Counted from the stretch's first letter, positions 1 to 12,946 are shown. The stretch: 64,000 nucleotides of DNA from an uncultured Alphaproteobacteria bacterium (GCA_963792045.1 CAWBUT010000018.1:670-64669); one strand, 5' to 3'. Translations and numbers: made by a program. Notes: generated from the letters alone by a model not told the origin.

Positions 1-968
1 CGCTGATCGTGGAGATCAAATCGCCGCCGGTGAAGCAGCGCGCCCGCATCCTGCGCCGCCTCGCCAACCGCTACGAGGTCGAGCTCGAAGACCATGAGGT
101 GCATGAGCTTGCCCGCCGCTTGCCGGCGACGCCCGCGGTGCTGGAGAACGCGCTGCGCGCCGCGAAGCTGTCCGGCGGCGGCCGCGAGGCGCTCGAGCGC
201 GCGGCGTCCGGCATCATCCGCGCGCTGAGCGGCGGGGGCGGCGGCGCGCGCCCCGTCATCTCCGTGTCGGATTTCGACCCGGCGCTCACTTGCGCCAACA
301 TGGACCTGCTCGCCCTCGTCAAGCGCGTGGTCGAGGGCTCGAACCTCGCTTTCTCCTTCTGCCTCTCGGGGCCGCCCGGCACCGGCAAATCGGCCTTCGC
401 GCGCTACCTCGCCCGCCGGCTCGGGCTCGAGATCATGCAGAAGCGCGCCTCCGATCTGCTCGGCATGTATATCGGCCAGTCGGAGAAGAACATCGCCGAG
501 GCCTTCGAGGCCGCGCGCGAGGCGCAAGCCATGCTGATCTTCGACGAGGCCAACTCGTTCCTGTTCGACCGGCGCGACGCGGTGCGCTCCTGGGAGGTGA
601 GCCAGGTGAACGAGATGCTCACCTGGATGGAGCACCACCCGCTGCCCTTCTGCTGCACCACCAATCTGATGGAGCGGTTCGATAGCGCCTCCATCCGCCG
701 CTTCACCTTCCACATTCTGTTTCACTATCTCGACGTGCCGGCGCTCCGCCGCGCCTACGCCCTGTTCTTCCAGCTCGACCCCGTTCCGGCCGCGGGCCTC
801 GGCTTTGCCAATCTGACGCCCGGCGATTTCGCCCAAGCCCGCCGCCAGGCCGACATGCTGGGCATCGCCGAAGACCCCGACCGCGTGGTGGCGCTCATCG
901 CCGAGATCAGCCGCGCCAAGCCGGGCTCCCCCCGCTCCTCGATCGGCTTCGTCCGCCAGCCGAGCTGA
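1..968 (+). CDS. AAA+ ATPase, C-terminal part (5' end outside the window)
   Basis: Walker A GPPGTGKS, Walker B LIFDEA, TTN sensor-1 and RRF arginine finger, terminal IGF motif. The frame is open from the window edge. Confidence 0.85.
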   Translation, partial: LIVEIKSPPVKQRARILRRLANRYEVELEDHEVHELARRLPATPAVLENALRAAKLSGGGREALERAASGIIRALSGGGGGARPVISVSDFDPALTCANMDLLALVKRVVEGSNLAFSFCLSGPPGTGKSAFARYLARRLGLEIMQKRASDLLGMYIGQSEKNIAEAFEAAREAQAMLIFDEANSFLFDRRDAVRSWEVSQVNEMLTWMEHHPLPFCCTTNLMERFDSASIRRFTFHILFHYLDVPALRRAYALFFQLDPVPAAGLGFANLTPGDFAQARRQADMLGIAEDPDRVVALIAEISRAKPGSPRSSIGFVRQPS

Positions 969-1053
969 TCCGGAGGCACGGAAGGGGTGACATGACGGGG
1001 CTTGCCCCATATGGTCCGGCCCCTGGCGCTGACGCTCAAGACCAGAGGCTCCC

Positions 1054-1375
1054 ATGGCCTGGATCTATCTCATTCTCGCGGGGCTGTTCGAGGTGGGCTT
1101 CGCCGCGACGCTGAAGCTGACCCAAGGCTTCACCAAGCCGCTGCCCACGGCTGCTCTTCCTCGCCTGCGCGGTGGCGAGCTTCGTGCTGCTCGCGCGCGC
1201 CGCCCGCGATCTGCCCATCGGCACGGCCTATCTGGTATGGACCGGCATCGGCGCCGCCGGCACGGCGCTGATCGGCATCCTCCTCTATCACGAGCCCGCC
1301 ACGGCGCTTAGGCTCCTCTTCATCGCCACCCTCATCGGCTCCATCATCGGATTGAAACTCGCGACCCCCACATGA
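1054..1375 (+). CDS. SMR/DMT family small multidrug transporter (SugE/Gdx-like), frameshift near 1160
   Basis: MAWIYLILAGLFEVGFA (conserved TM1 Glu) joins LPIGTAYLVWTGIGAAGT in another frame. Confidence 0.85.
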
Positions 1376-2448
1376 GCGACAAGCAGCAGAACGCCACCGA
1401 CAAGACGGTCACCGGCAATTATTTCGAGGACTTCAAGCTCGGCCAGCAGATCGTGCACGCCACCCCGCGCACGGTGACCGTGGGCGATGTGAGCCTGTTC
1501 ACCGCCCTTTACGGCAACCGCTTCGCCGTGCAGTCCTCCGATGCCTTCGCCCAGGACATCGGCTATCCGCGCTCGCCCATCGACGATCTCCTCGTCTTCC
1601 ACATCGTCATCGGCAAGACGGTGCCCGATATCTCCAGGAACGCCATCGCCAATCTCGGCTATGCCGAGTTCCGCTTTCTCGCGCCCGTCTATCCCGGCGA
1701 CACGCTCGCCTCGGTGACCGAGATCATCGGGCTGAAAGAGAACTCCAACCGCAAGAGCGGCACGGTCTATGTGCGCTCCACCGGCCGCAATCAGCATGGC
1801 GAGCCCGTGCTCTCCTTCGCCCGCTGGGTGATGGTGAACAAGCGCGACGAGAATTCGCCGGCGCCCGATCCGGTCGTGCCCAAGCTCGCCGCGAGCGTGG
1901 AGCCGTCGACCCTCGGCGCCGCGCTGCCGCTCCTCTCGCTGCAAGGCTACGACTTTGCCCTCGCCGGCTCGCCGCGCCGCTGGGGCGACTACAAGAAGGG
2001 CGAGAAGATCGACCATGTCGACGGCCAGACCATCGAGGAGGCGGAGCATCAGCTCGCCACGCGCCTGTTCCAGAACACCGCGCGCGTCCATTTCAACCAG
2101 CATGTGGAGGGCAAGGGCCGCTTCGGCCGGCGGCTCGTCTATGGCGGCCACATCATCTCGCTCGCCCGCGCGCTTAGCTTCAACGGGCTCGCCAACGCCT
2201 TCCACATTCTGGGGCTGAACGGCGCCCGCCATGTGGGGCCGTCCTTCGCCGGCGACACCATCTATGCCTGGAGCGAGGTGCTCGACAAAGCCGAGCTGAC
2301 CGGCCGCGGCGACATCGGCGCGCTCCGCCTGCGCACCGTCGCCGTGAAGGATCGCGCCGCGTCCGACTTCCCGGGGCTCAAAGCCGATGGCAGCCCGGAA
2401 GACGGCGTCGTCCTCGACATGGATTATTGGGCCGCGCTGCCGCGCTAG
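1372..2448 (+). CDS. mch: Mesaconyl-CoA (2-methylfumaryl-CoA) hydratase, double MaoC hot-dog fold
   Basis: GNYFEDFKLGQQIVHATPRT N-terminus, two MaoC domains, NTARVHFN and YGGHIISLARALSFNGL motifs; lies upstream of sdh. Confidence 0.8.
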   Translation: MSDKQQNATDKTVTGNYFEDFKLGQQIVHATPRTVTVGDVSLFTALYGNRFAVQSSDAFAQDIGYPRSPIDDLLVFHIVIGKTVPDISRNAIANLGYAEFRFLAPVYPGDTLASVTEIIGLKENSNRKSGTVYVRSTGRNQHGEPVLSFARWVMVNKRDENSPAPDPVVPKLAASVEPSTLGAALPLLSLQGYDFALAGSPRRWGDYKKGEKIDHVDGQTIEEAEHQLATRLFQNTARVHFNQHVEGKGRFGRRLVYGGHIISLARALSFNGLANAFHILGLNGARHVGPSFAGDTIYAWSEVLDKAELTGRGDIGALRLRTVAVKDRAASDFPGLKADGSPEDGVVLDMDYWAALPR

Positions 2449-2534
2449 CAGTAGTCGAGACAAACCTGACCGGCTATCCGACCCGCCCGGCACTGCCCTT
2501 CGGCAGGCCGTTAGGGCTTTGATCTCCTTGTCTC

Positions 2535-3005
2535 ATGGCTGCCCCGGCGCACGCCGCCGAAACCGCCTCCGCCGTGCTCAAGGACAAAGACGGCAAGGAG
2601 GTGGGCACCGTCGCGCTCACCCAGACGCCCTCCGGCGTGCTCATGCGCCTCAATCTCACCGCCGTGCCGCCCGGCGATCACGCCTTCCACATCCACGCCA
2701 TCGGCAAATGCGAGCCGCCCGACTTCACCTCCGCCGGCGGCCATTACAACCCCGACCAAACCAAGCATGGATTGATGAGCCCGGAAGGCCCGCACGCCGG
2801 CGACATGCCCAATCTGCACGTGCCGGAGGGAGGCACGCTCACCGTCGAAATCCTCAACCCGATGGTGAGCCTCTCCGGCGATCCCGCGCCGCTCCTCGAT
2901 GAGGACGGCTCGGCGCTGGTCATCCATGCCGGCGCCGACGACTACCAGACCGACCCGGCCGGCAATGCCGGCGCCCGCATCGCCTGCGGCGTGGTCGCGC
3001 AATAA
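2535..3005 (+). CDS. sodC: Cu/Zn superoxide dismutase family protein
   Basis: HAFHIH, SAGGHYNP, HAGDMPNL, ALVIHAGADD and GARIACGVV motifs. The start/signal peptide is uncertain. Confidence 0.9.
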   Translation: MAAPAHAAETASAVLKDKDGKEVGTVALTQTPSGVLMRLNLTAVPPGDHAFHIHAIGKCEPPDFTSAGGHYNPDQTKHGLMSPEGPHAGDMPNLHVPEGGTLTVEILNPMVSLSGDPAPLLDEDGSALVIHAGADDYQTDPAGNAGARIACGVVAQ

Positions 3006-3156
3006 CGACCGCTCGAATGCAAGCCATGCATTTAATTCGCCGTTAGCGGACGCTATGCGTTGATGGGCATCGCATGCACAACCGCCGTGGCAGGCTTGAA
3101 TTTCGCCCCGAGATGATGATTGCCGTCTTCGCCCAAAAAACGGAGGAGGTGACCAG

Positions 3157-3441
3157 ATGAAGCGCTCCGCGCCCAAAACCAAGCAACGGCCGGCCGCCGC
3201 CAAGGCCCGCCGGGACAAGCAGCCCGCGGAGCGGGAAGAGGTGCTGGTCGATCAGGAAGGCTGCTACCGCCGCGGCTTCGAGCATGGCGCCTTTCTCACC
3301 TTCGAATGCGCCAAGCATCTCTTCGCCTCGGAAGCCGGGCGCGAGCGCCTGCGCCAATGGGTCGAGGTCGAGCTCCGCCAGTGGCGCTTGGCCGCACATG
3401 AGCGCCGCGTGCCCGACCCGCCCATGCCGGGCGACCGCTAG
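3157..3441 (+). CDS. Hypothetical protein
   Basis: 94-aa ORF preceded by a strong SD (GGAGGAGGT); no family recognised. Confidence 0.6.
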   Translation: MKRSAPKTKQRPAAAKARRDKQPAEREEVLVDQEGCYRRGFEHGAFLTFECAKHLFASEAGRERLRQWVEVELRQWRLAAHERRVPDPPMPGDR

Positions 3442-3589
3442 GCGGACGAAAATCCGCACGATTTAGGCCGATTTCGCGGGCGCCGGCGGCGCCCTCGCGA
3501 GGCCGCTGGCGACGGCGCGCCGTCATTGCCCCTGCGCGGCCCGTGCGTTATGAGAGGGAGACCGCCACCCTCACCGCGACACCGCCATC

Positions 3590-3999
3590 ATGCATGACAG
3601 CGCCACCAAGGACGTACGGCCGCTCTCGCCGCACCTCCAAATCTACCGGCCGATGCTGACCATGATGATGTCGATCGCCCACCGCATCTCGGGCATCGCG
3701 CTGGCCACGGGCTTCCTGCTCTTTGCCTGGTGGCTCGTGGCGGCAAGCTCCGGCGCCGAAGCCTATGGGATCGTCGAGCCGGGTCTTTACCAGCGTGCCC
3801 GGCCAGGCGCTCCTCTTCCTCTATAGCTGGGCGCTCCTGCACCACATGCTGGGCGGCATCCGCCACCTCATCTGGGACACCGGCCACGGCCTCGACAAAG
3901 TGAGCATCGAGATCTTTGCTCTGGGCCACCCTGATCGGCTCGACCACGCTCAATCTGCTGCTCTGGCTCGTCTTCTATTGGCTCAAGGGGAGCGCCTAA
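3590..3999 (+). CDS. sdhC: Succinate dehydrogenase cytochrome b556 subunit (frameshifted)
   Basis: RPLSPHLQIYR, SIAHRISG and HHMLGGIRHLIWD motifs across frames. Confidence 0.92.
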
Positions 4000-4002
4000 G
4001 CC

Positions 4003-4378
4003 ATGGCCACGCCCCTTGCCCGCGCCCGCGGACTAGGCTCCGCCCATCGCGGCACCGAGACCTTCTGGCGCCAGCGGCTGACCGCGCTCGCCAACATTCC
4101 GCTCGTCCTGTTCCTGATCCTGTCGATCCTCACCCATATCGGCGCCGACTATGCGACGGTGCGCGATTATCTCGCCAAGCCCGCCGTCGTCCGTGCTGAT
4201 GCTGGCGCTCGTCGTCTCCGCCTCGATCCATATGCGCATCGGCTTGAAGGAGATCATCGAGGATTATGTGCATGGCCATGGCGCCAAGCTCGCCTGCCTC
4301 GTGCTCGCCACCCTCTATAGCTGGGGCGTCGGCCTTGCCTGCATCCTTGCGCTGCTGAAGCTTAGTCTCGGAGGCTGA
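4003..4378 (+). CDS. sdhD: Succinate dehydrogenase membrane anchor (frameshifted)
   Basis: ARGLGSAHRGTETFWRQRLTA and HMRIGLKEIIEDYVH motifs. Confidence 0.92.
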
Positions 4379-4383
4379 CGGCA

Positions 4384-6219
4384 ATGCCGCAGGACGCCAC
4401 CCCCGCCTCCACGCCCAGCGTGAACGGCCGCGCCTATCCCATCATCGACCATAGCTATGACGTCATCGTCGTGGGCGCGGGCGGCGCGGGTCTGCGCGCC
4501 GTGCGTCGGCTGCAGCGAAGCGGGCCTGCGCACCGCCTGCATCACCAAAGTGTTTCCCACCCGCTCGCACACCGTGGCGGCGCAAGGCGGCATCGCCGCG
4601 GCGCTCGGCAATATGGGCCCCGACGATTGGCGCTGGCACATGTACGACACGGTCAAGGGCAGCGATTGGCTCGGCGACCAGGACGCCATCGAATATCTCT
4701 GCCGCAGCGCGCCCGAGGCCGTCTACGAGCTCGAGCATTGGGGCGTGCCCTTCTCGCGCACCGACGAGGGCAAGATCCTGCAACGCGCCTTCGGCGGCAT
4801 GACCATGGAGTTTGGCAAGGCGCCGGCCATGCGCACCTGCGCCGCCGCCGACCGCACCGGCCACGCCATGCTGCACACCATGTACGGCCAGGCGCTGCGC
4901 CACTCCGCCGAGTTCTTCATCGAATATTTCGCCATCGACCTGATCATGGACGAGGAGGGCCGCTGCCGCGGCGTCATCGCGCTCTCCATGCAGGACGGCA
5001 CGCTGCACCGCTTCCGCGCCCATCAAGTGATCCTCGCCACCGGCGGCTATGGCCGCGCCTATTTCTCCTGCACCTCCGCCCATATCTGCACCGGCGACGG
5101 CAACGCCATGGTGCTGCGCGCCGGCCTGCCGCTCCAGGACATGGAGTTCGTGCAGTTCCACCCGACCGGCGTCTATGGCGCGGGCGTGCTCATCACCGAG
5201 GGCGCGCGCGGCGAAGGCGGCTTCCTCACCAACTCCGAAGGCGAGCGCTTCATGGAGCGCTATGCGCCGCACGCCAAGGACCTCGCCTCGCGCGACGTGG
5301 TCTCCCGCGCCATCACCATCGAGATCCGCGAAGGCCGCGGCACCGGACCCGACAAGGATCACATGCATTTGCATCTGAGCCATCTCGATCCCGTCATGCT
5401 CGCCGAGCGCCTTCCCGGCATCACCGAATCGGCGCGCATTTTCGCCGGCGTCGACGTGACCCGCGCGCCGATCCCCATCCTGCCGACGGCGCATTACAAT
5501 ATGGGCGGCATCCCCACCAATCTGCATGGCGAGGTCGTGTGTCCCGAAGGACGGCGATCCCGACGCCGTCGTGCCCGGCCTCTTCGCCGTGGGCGAGGCG
5601 GCCTGCGCCTCGGTGCATGGCGCCAACCGCTTGGGCTCCAACTCGCTCATCGACCTCGTCGTCTTCGGCCGCGCCGCCGCCAAGCGCTGCGCCGAGATCA
5701 TCAAAGAGGACGGCGCGCATGCCCGAGCTGCCCAAGGGCGCGGGCGAGGAGGCGATCGCGAGATTGGATCATTTCCGCTACGCCGATGGCGGCACGCCGA
5801 CCGCGGCGCTGCGCTTGGCGATGCAGAAGACCATGCAGCGCGACTGCTCGGTGTTCCGCACCGCCGAGGTGCTCAAGGAAGGCGTGCAGAAGATCCATGC
5901 GGTGTGGGAGGAGAGCGACGACATCCATGTCACCGACCGCTCGCTCATCTGGAACACCGATCTGATCGAGACGCTCGAATTCGACAATCTCATTTCCCAG
6001 GCCGCGGTGACCGTGGCCGGCGCGCTCGCCCGCGAAGAAAGCCGCGGCGCGCATGCCCGCGAGGACTTCCCCAAGCGCGACGATAAGAATTGGATGAAGC
6101 ACACGCTCGCTTGGGCCGACTATCTGAAGCGCAAGCTCCGCCTCGACTACCGGCCGGTGCACTCTTTCACGCTCTCCAACGAGATCGCCTATATCGAGCC
6201 CAAAGAGCGCGTGTATTGA
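4384..6219 (+). CDS. sdhA: Succinate dehydrogenase flavoprotein (frameshifted)
   Basis: [50 protein letters not shown] motifs and terminal RVY. Confidence 0.96.
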   Translation: MPQDATPASTPSVNGRAYPIIDHSYDVIVVGAGGAGLRAVRRLQRSGPAHRLHHQSVSHPLAHRGGARRHRRGARQYGPRRLALAHVRHGQGQRLARRPGRHRISLPQRARGRLRARALGRALLAHRRGQDPATRLRRHDHGVWQGAGHAHLRRRRPHRPRHAAHHVRPGAAPLRRVLHRIFRHRPDHGRGGPLPRRHRALHAGRHAAPLPRPSSDPRHRRLWPRLFLLHLRPYLHRRRQRHGAARRPAAPGHGVRAVPPDRRLWRGRAHHRGRARRRRLPHQLRRRALHGALCAARQGPRLARRGLPRHHHRDPRRPRHRTRQGSHAFASEPSRSRHARRAPSRHHRIGAHFRRRRRDPRADPHPADGALQYGRHPHQSAWRGRVSRRTAIPTPSCPASSPWARRPAPRCMAPTAWAPTRSSTSSSSAAPPPSAAPRSSKRTARMPELPKGAGEEAIARLDHFRYADGGTPTAALRLAMQKTMQRDCSVFRTAEVLKEGVQKIHAVWEESDDIHVTDRSLIWNTDLIETLEFDNLISQAAVTVAGALAREESRGAHAREDFPKRDDKNWMKHTLAWADYLKRKLRLDYRPVHSFTLSNEIAYIEPKERVY

Positions 6220-6611
6220 GGAGCGGCCTGCCGGCTTGCCCGATTCATGGCCGCTATCCCGGCCACCATGCACTGTGTACCGGTTGATGCCGACATAGAG
6301 ACGCCAACGATCGTGCAATCGAAACGATCAAACGCGGCTACTCTTGGACTGGCCGCGACATCGTCGGCGGCGCTTTTGGCAAACGCCTGAAGACGGCGGC
6401 GAATTTCACCACGGTGCACTTCTCATCGGTCTTGCCTATGCCGCGCAGATCCTTGCCGCAGTGGGCGGCGATCGCCCAATATCGACGTTGCCGAATTTGT
6501 CGGTCGGCTGGATCGGGACCGCAGCTGGCTTGCGTCGTCTTTAGCGGTCCTCGCCCATTACGCGCGCCGAGGCGTGGCACGCCCGTCTTCCGCCGCAAGG
6601 ATCGGAGCGGC

Positions 6612-6978
6612 CTAGCTGCTGCGGCCTGAGCCCCGCTGGAGCAGCTTGCCCAGCACGGCCTTGACCGCCTCGAAGTCGAACGGCTTGTGCAACACGATCG
6701 CCTCGCCGAAGCCGTGGGCCGCGTTCGCGCCGCTGTCCCCCGTGGCGAAGGCGAAGGGCACGCTGCGGCGGAAGCAGCGCATCGGCCACTTCATAGCCGT
6801 CCTCGCCGCCGAGATTCACATCGAGGATGGCGCCGTCGAGCCCCCCGCTGGCCACGAGATCGAGCCCGTCGCGCACCGAGCGGGCGGGACCGACCACCTC
6901 GCAGCCGAGCTCGGTGAGCCAGTCTTCCATCAACATCGAGATCATGGGTTCGTCGTCGACGATGAGGATACGCGGCAC
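6612..6978 (-). CDS. Single-domain response regulator (PFxFATG type), frameshifted
   Basis: ILIVDDEPMI...AILDVNLGG, then PFAFATG...KPF in the adjacent frame. Confidence 0.85.
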
Positions 6979-7082
6979 GAGATGGGACCCCGGAACGGCT
7001 GGTGGAGGATGAGCTAAGTCTATTCGGCATCGGGGAAAAACGCTAGGGTTGGCGCGGTTCAATGTTTGAAGGGTAAATCGTC

Positions 7083-9006
<1,924 letters not shown>

Positions 9007-9108
9007 GGCACGCGCGGCAGCGCAACGGTTTGCCTCAAGCCGGCCATTCGGTTTACAACCAATCCCGCCGCCTCGTCATGGACGGGGCGCAACAGAAGGT
9101 CGGACGCC

Positions 9109-9897
9109 GTGGTCGAATTCACCCTCCCCAAGAACTCCAAGGTCAAGCAGGGCAAGACGTGGAACCCGCCGCAAGAGGGCGCGGAGAAGGGCCGCTGGCG
9201 CGAATACCGCGTCTACCGCTTCGATCCCGAGACGGGCGAGAACCCGCGCCTCGACACCTATTGGGTGGACATGAGCGAGTGCGGCCCGATGGTTCTCGAC
9301 GCGCTGCTGTGGATCAAGAACAACGTCGATCCCACCCTCACCTTCCGGCGCTCCTGCCGCGAAGGCGTGTGCGGCTCCTGCTCCATGAATATCGGCGGCA
9401 CCAACACGCTCGCCTGCACGCTGCATGCCGACGACGCGCCGGAGCGCGTCACCATCTATCCCCTGCCGCATCTGCCGGTGATCAAGGACCTCGTCCCCGA
9501 CCTCACCCATTTCTACGCCCAGCACCGCGCCATCGAACCCTGGCTCAAGACCGACACGCCGACGCCGCCCAAGGAATGGCGCCAGTCGCGCGAGGACCGG
9601 GCGAAGCTCGACGGGCTCTATGAATGCATCCTGTGCGCCTGCTGCTCCACCGCCTGCCCGTCTTATTGGTGGAACGGCGACCGCTATCTCGGCCCCGCCA
9701 TCCTGTTGCAGGCGGACCGCTGGGTGGAGGACAGCCGCGACGAGCACACGGGCGAGCGGCTCGATCAGCTCGAGGACCCGTTCCGCCTCTATCGCTGCCA
9801 CACCATCCTCAACTGCACCAAGGCCTGCCCCAAGGGGCTGAACCCGGCACGCGCCATCGCCGGGCTCAAGCGGCAGCTCGTCGAGCGCAGCGAATAG
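9109..9897 (+). CDS. sdhB: Succinate dehydrogenase iron-sulfur subunit
   Basis: [23 protein letters not shown] and [12 protein letters not shown] Fe-S motifs. Confidence 0.97.
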   Translation: MVEFTLPKNSKVKQGKTWNPPQEGAEKGRWREYRVYRFDPETGENPRLDTYWVDMSECGPMVLDALLWIKNNVDPTLTFRRSCREGVCGSCSMNIGGTNTLACTLHADDAPERVTIYPLPHLPVIKDLVPDLTHFYAQHRAIEPWLKTDTPTPPKEWRQSREDRAKLDGLYECILCACCSTACPSYWWNGDRYLGPAILLQADRWVEDSRDEHTGERLDQLEDPFRLYRCHTILNCTKACPKGLNPARAIAGLKRQLVERSE

Positions 9898-9915
9898 GCG
9901 CAAGAGCGCTAGGGA

Positions 9916-10327
9916 ATGATCGACCATATCGGCTTGCAGGTGCGGGATCTTGCCCGCGCCACCCGCTTCTATCTCGCGGCGCTGGCCCCGCTCGGGCTCG
10001 GCATCGTCATGGAGGTGTCGGCGGAGGAGACGGGCGGTCAGCGCTTCCGTGGGCTTCGGCGCCCCCGGCAAGGCGGACGATTTCCAGAGCGGCAAGCCGT
10101 CCTTCTGGATCGGCGAAGGCGAGCCCGCGAGCGGCCCGCTGCATGTGGCCTTCGCGGCCAAGACCCGCGCCGCCATCGATGCCTTCTATGCGGCGGCGCT
10201 CCAGGCGGGCGGCACGGACAACGGCCCGCCGGGCCTGCGGCCTCATTACCACGCCAATTATTACGCGGCCTTCGTGCGCGACCCCGACGGCAACAATATC
10301 GAGGCCGTGTGCCACGCGGCCACGTGA
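9916..10327 (+). CDS. VOC/glyoxalase family protein (frameshifted)
   Basis: MIDHIGLQV...HVAFAA...YYAAFVRDPDGNNIEAVCH. Confidence 0.9.
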
Positions 10328-10363
10328 GCGCGTCCGCGTGAGCGCGCCTGAGGCGTGCGGCCT

Positions 10364-10855
10364 CTATCCCCCGCAGGCCGGCAGCACGAAGGTGCAGGGC
10401 TCCGGCTGCTTCACCGGCACCCTCTCATGGGTCTTGCCGACCTTCTTCGTGGCGTAGGGGCTCTCCACGTCGCGCGGCGCGAAGGTGAGCCGCGTGAGGC
10501 GCCCATTCTCGAAGGTGACGCTCGCCGAGCATTGCCAACTCTTGTCCTTCTTGCCGCCGCCGAACAGGCCGCGGCTTGCGCGCCGCCTGCGCGCGCCGCC
10601 CTCCTCCTTCTTCTTGGCCGCGCCCGGCACCGGCCCCGCGCCGCTATAGTGATAGACAAGGACCTCGCTGCCGCCCCGGTCGAGGCTGCTGGAGGGCTCC
10701 CCGGCGCAGGCGACGATCTCGGCCCTGGTCTTGCCGAGATAGGGCTTGGCGGGATCGCCCGCGACCACGCGCTCGAAGGTGGCGGTCGGATTGCCGCAGC
10801 CCGCGACGAGAAGGCCCGCGCCTAAAACCGCCAGCAATCCCCGAACAGCAACCAT
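10364..10855 (-). CDS. Putative lipoprotein
   Basis: Signal peptide with lipobox LVAGC; SmpA/OmlA-like GKTRAEIVACAGEP segment. Confidence 0.7.
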   Translation of the reverse strand: MVAVRGLLAVLGAGLLVAGCGNPTATFERVVAGDPAKPYLGKTRAEIVACAGEPSSSLDRGGSEVLVYHYSGAGPVPGAAKKKEEGGARRRRASRGLFGGGKKDKSWQCSASVTFENGRLTRLTFAPRDVESPYATKKVGKTHERVPVKQPEPCTFVLPACGG

Positions 10856-10959
10856 GGCTCTCGCCCGCGAAGAACGGCCTCGCTCAGTCTAGCCCTGCAT
10901 CCAGATTAAGGCATTTGCGGGAGCAAAGTGCGATGGAAAAGACCGTCAATCCATGCCTT

Positions 10960-11049
10960 GTCATCGCCCGGCTTGACCGGGCGATCCAGTATGCACGGCG
11001 AACTTGCTCGCAGGCGCGGTTACTGGATTCCCGCCTTCGCGGGAATGAC
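10960..11049. repeat. REP/RPE-like palindromic element (GTCAT...ATGAC)
   Basis: GTCATCGCCCGGCTTGACCGGGCGATCCAGTA...TACTGGATTCCCGCCTTCGCGGGAATGAC, nested hairpins. Confidence 0.8.
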
Positions 11050-11065
11050 GTGAGTCAGGGCCGGC

Positions 11066-12451
11066 TCACCCTCCGGTGGCGAAATCCCACACGAGCTTGG
11101 CGTTGAGGACGATGATGACGGCCGCGACCAGCGTCGCCAGCGCCGTCATCCAGCGGGGCGCGGCGAGCACCCCCATCTTGCGCCGGTCGGCGGTGAACAT
11201 CACGAGCGGCACGATGGCGAAGGGCAGCTGCAAGCTCAACACCACCTGCGACAGAATGAGCAGCTTTGCCGTGCCCGCCTCGCCATACCAGATGGTGACG
11301 ACCGCCGCCGGCACGATGGCGATCGCCCGCGTCAACAGGCGCCGCAGATAGGGCGGCAGGCGAATGTCGAGAAAGCCCTCCATCACGATCTGCCCCGACA
11401 GCGTCGCCGTCACCGTGGAGTTGAGGCCGCAGCACAGGAGCGCCACGCCGAACAAAGTGGGCGCGAGCGCCGAACCCGAGCAGCGGCGCCAGGAACGAAT
11501 GCACCTGCGCGAGCTCCGTCACGTCGGTCTGGCCGATGCGGTGGAAGGTGGCCGCCGCCAGGATCAGGATCGAGGCGTTGATCAGGAGCGCGAAGGTGAG
11601 CGCGATGGTGGAGTCGATATTGGCGAGCATGATCGCCTCGCGCTTCTCCGGCACGGTCTTGCCGAAAGCGCGCGTCTGCACGATGCCCGAATGGAGATAG
11701 AGGTTATGCGGCATCACCGTGGCGCCGATGATGCCGAGCGCGAGATACAGCATGGCCGGGATTCTTCACGATCTCGACCGTGGGCGCGAAGCCGCGGATC
11801 ACCTGCCCCCAATCCGGATCGGCCATGGCGATCTGGATGCCGAAACAGGCCGCGATGACGAGGAACAAAGTGACGACGAAGGCCTCCACATAGCGGAAGC
11901 CGAGCTGCTGCATCCACAGAATGAGAAACACGTCGAGCGCGGTGAGCAGCACGCCGAACTCGAGCGGAATGCCGAACAGCAGATTGAGCCCGATGGCCGT
12001 GCCGATCACCTCGGCGAGATCGGTGGCGCAGATGGCGAATTCCGCCGCCGCCCACAGCGGCCACGACGCCCAGCGCGGGAAGGCGTCGCGGCAGGCTTGC
12101 GCGAGGTCGCGCCCCGAGGCCACGCCGAGCCGCGTGCACAGCGCCTGCAACAGCACCGCCATGAGATTGGAGAGGAGCGCGATGGACAGCAGCGCGTAGC
12201 CGAATTTCGAGCCGCCGGCGAGCGAGGTCGCCCAATTGCCGGGGTCCATATAGCCGACGGCGACGAGATAGCCCGGCCCGAGAAAGGTGAGCAGCTTGCG
12301 CCACAGCGGGCCCGTGGGCCGCGTCTTGATCGAGCCGAACACTTCGGCGAGCGACGGCGTCCGCCCCGCGCGCCGCCAGCCGCGGTCCACGTCATGCGGC
12401 CTCCAGCGGGCGCAGCTTCTGCAGGTTTACCGGCGAGACCGGGCTCAGCAT
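11066..12451 (-). CDS. mntH: Nramp family Mn2+ transporter (frameshifted)
   Basis: [29 protein letters not shown] and QIVMEGF motifs. The start is inferred from SD GAGGGAG. Confidence 0.92.
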
Positions 12452-12539
12452 GAACTCCCTCTTGCAGGGAAAGGCTTGCGGCCGGACGGCCCCAAGGCCC
12501 AGCGGCTTCCGTCAGCCGCTCATGCCCTATCTATCTCAC

Positions 12540-12556
12540 ATGCGAATAATTTGCAA
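12540..12556. promoter_or_regulatory. Mur/Fur-type Mn-responsive operator upstream of mntH
   Basis: ATGCGAATAATTTGCAA matches the TGC-AA-N-TT-GCA Mur box pattern of rhizobial Mn uptake genes. Confidence 0.65.
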
Positions 12557-12573
12557 GTGCAAGTGACACGCCC

Positions 12574-12599
12574 GGAACCCGACCCCGCCGCCGCCCGTT
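12574..12599 (+). promoter_or_regulatory. EcfG (RpoE2/SigT) general-stress promoter
   Basis: GGAAC-N17-CGTT about 35 nt before the ATG at 12634. Confidence 0.7.
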
Positions 12600-12633
12600 G
12601 ACTTTGGCGGCCCAAATCCACCAGAAAGTGCCC

Positions 12634-12925
12634 ATGAAGACCATGCGGACAGGCATATTGGCCCTCGCGGCGCTCGGCGCGGCAGTCATGCTCGCTGCGG
12701 CGCCGGCGATGGCCGAGTCGAGACACGCGGAGGCCGACTCGGTCCGACATGTCGGGCATGGACGCCCCGAGCTCCCACCACGCGCGGCGCCACCGCCATC
12801 GCGGCTATGCCGGCTACGAACGGCCGCGCATTTTCGCCGTCACGCCGCGCGGCGTCTATTACCGCTATAGCCCCGGCATCCGGCCTGAGGGCCCGGGCTT
12901 CGGCGTCGGCTTCAGCGCCTATTAG
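12634..12925 (+). CDS. Small secreted protein (frameshifted)
   Basis: Signal peptide MKTMRTGILALAALGAAVMLAAAPAMA; His/Arg/Tyr/Gly-rich C-terminus ending GPGFGVGFSAY in another frame. Confidence 0.6.
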
Positions 12926-12946
12926 CGACAGGGCGCCGCAGCCCCC

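Noticed and set aside
969-1053. Guanidine riboswitch upstream of the SMR gene
   Set aside because: Only a GGGGC-TT-GCCCC hairpin is visible. There are no twin ACGR-loop hairpins and no recognisable guanidine-I or -III consensus.
6220-6611. Protein-coding gene between sdhA and the response regulator
   Set aside because: Several short ORFs exist on both strands but none has a recognisable motif or clear start. Left unannotated.
12396-12540. yybP-ykoY Mn riboswitch before mntH
   Set aside because: No recognisable consensus was found, and a Mur-like DNA operator explains the regulation.
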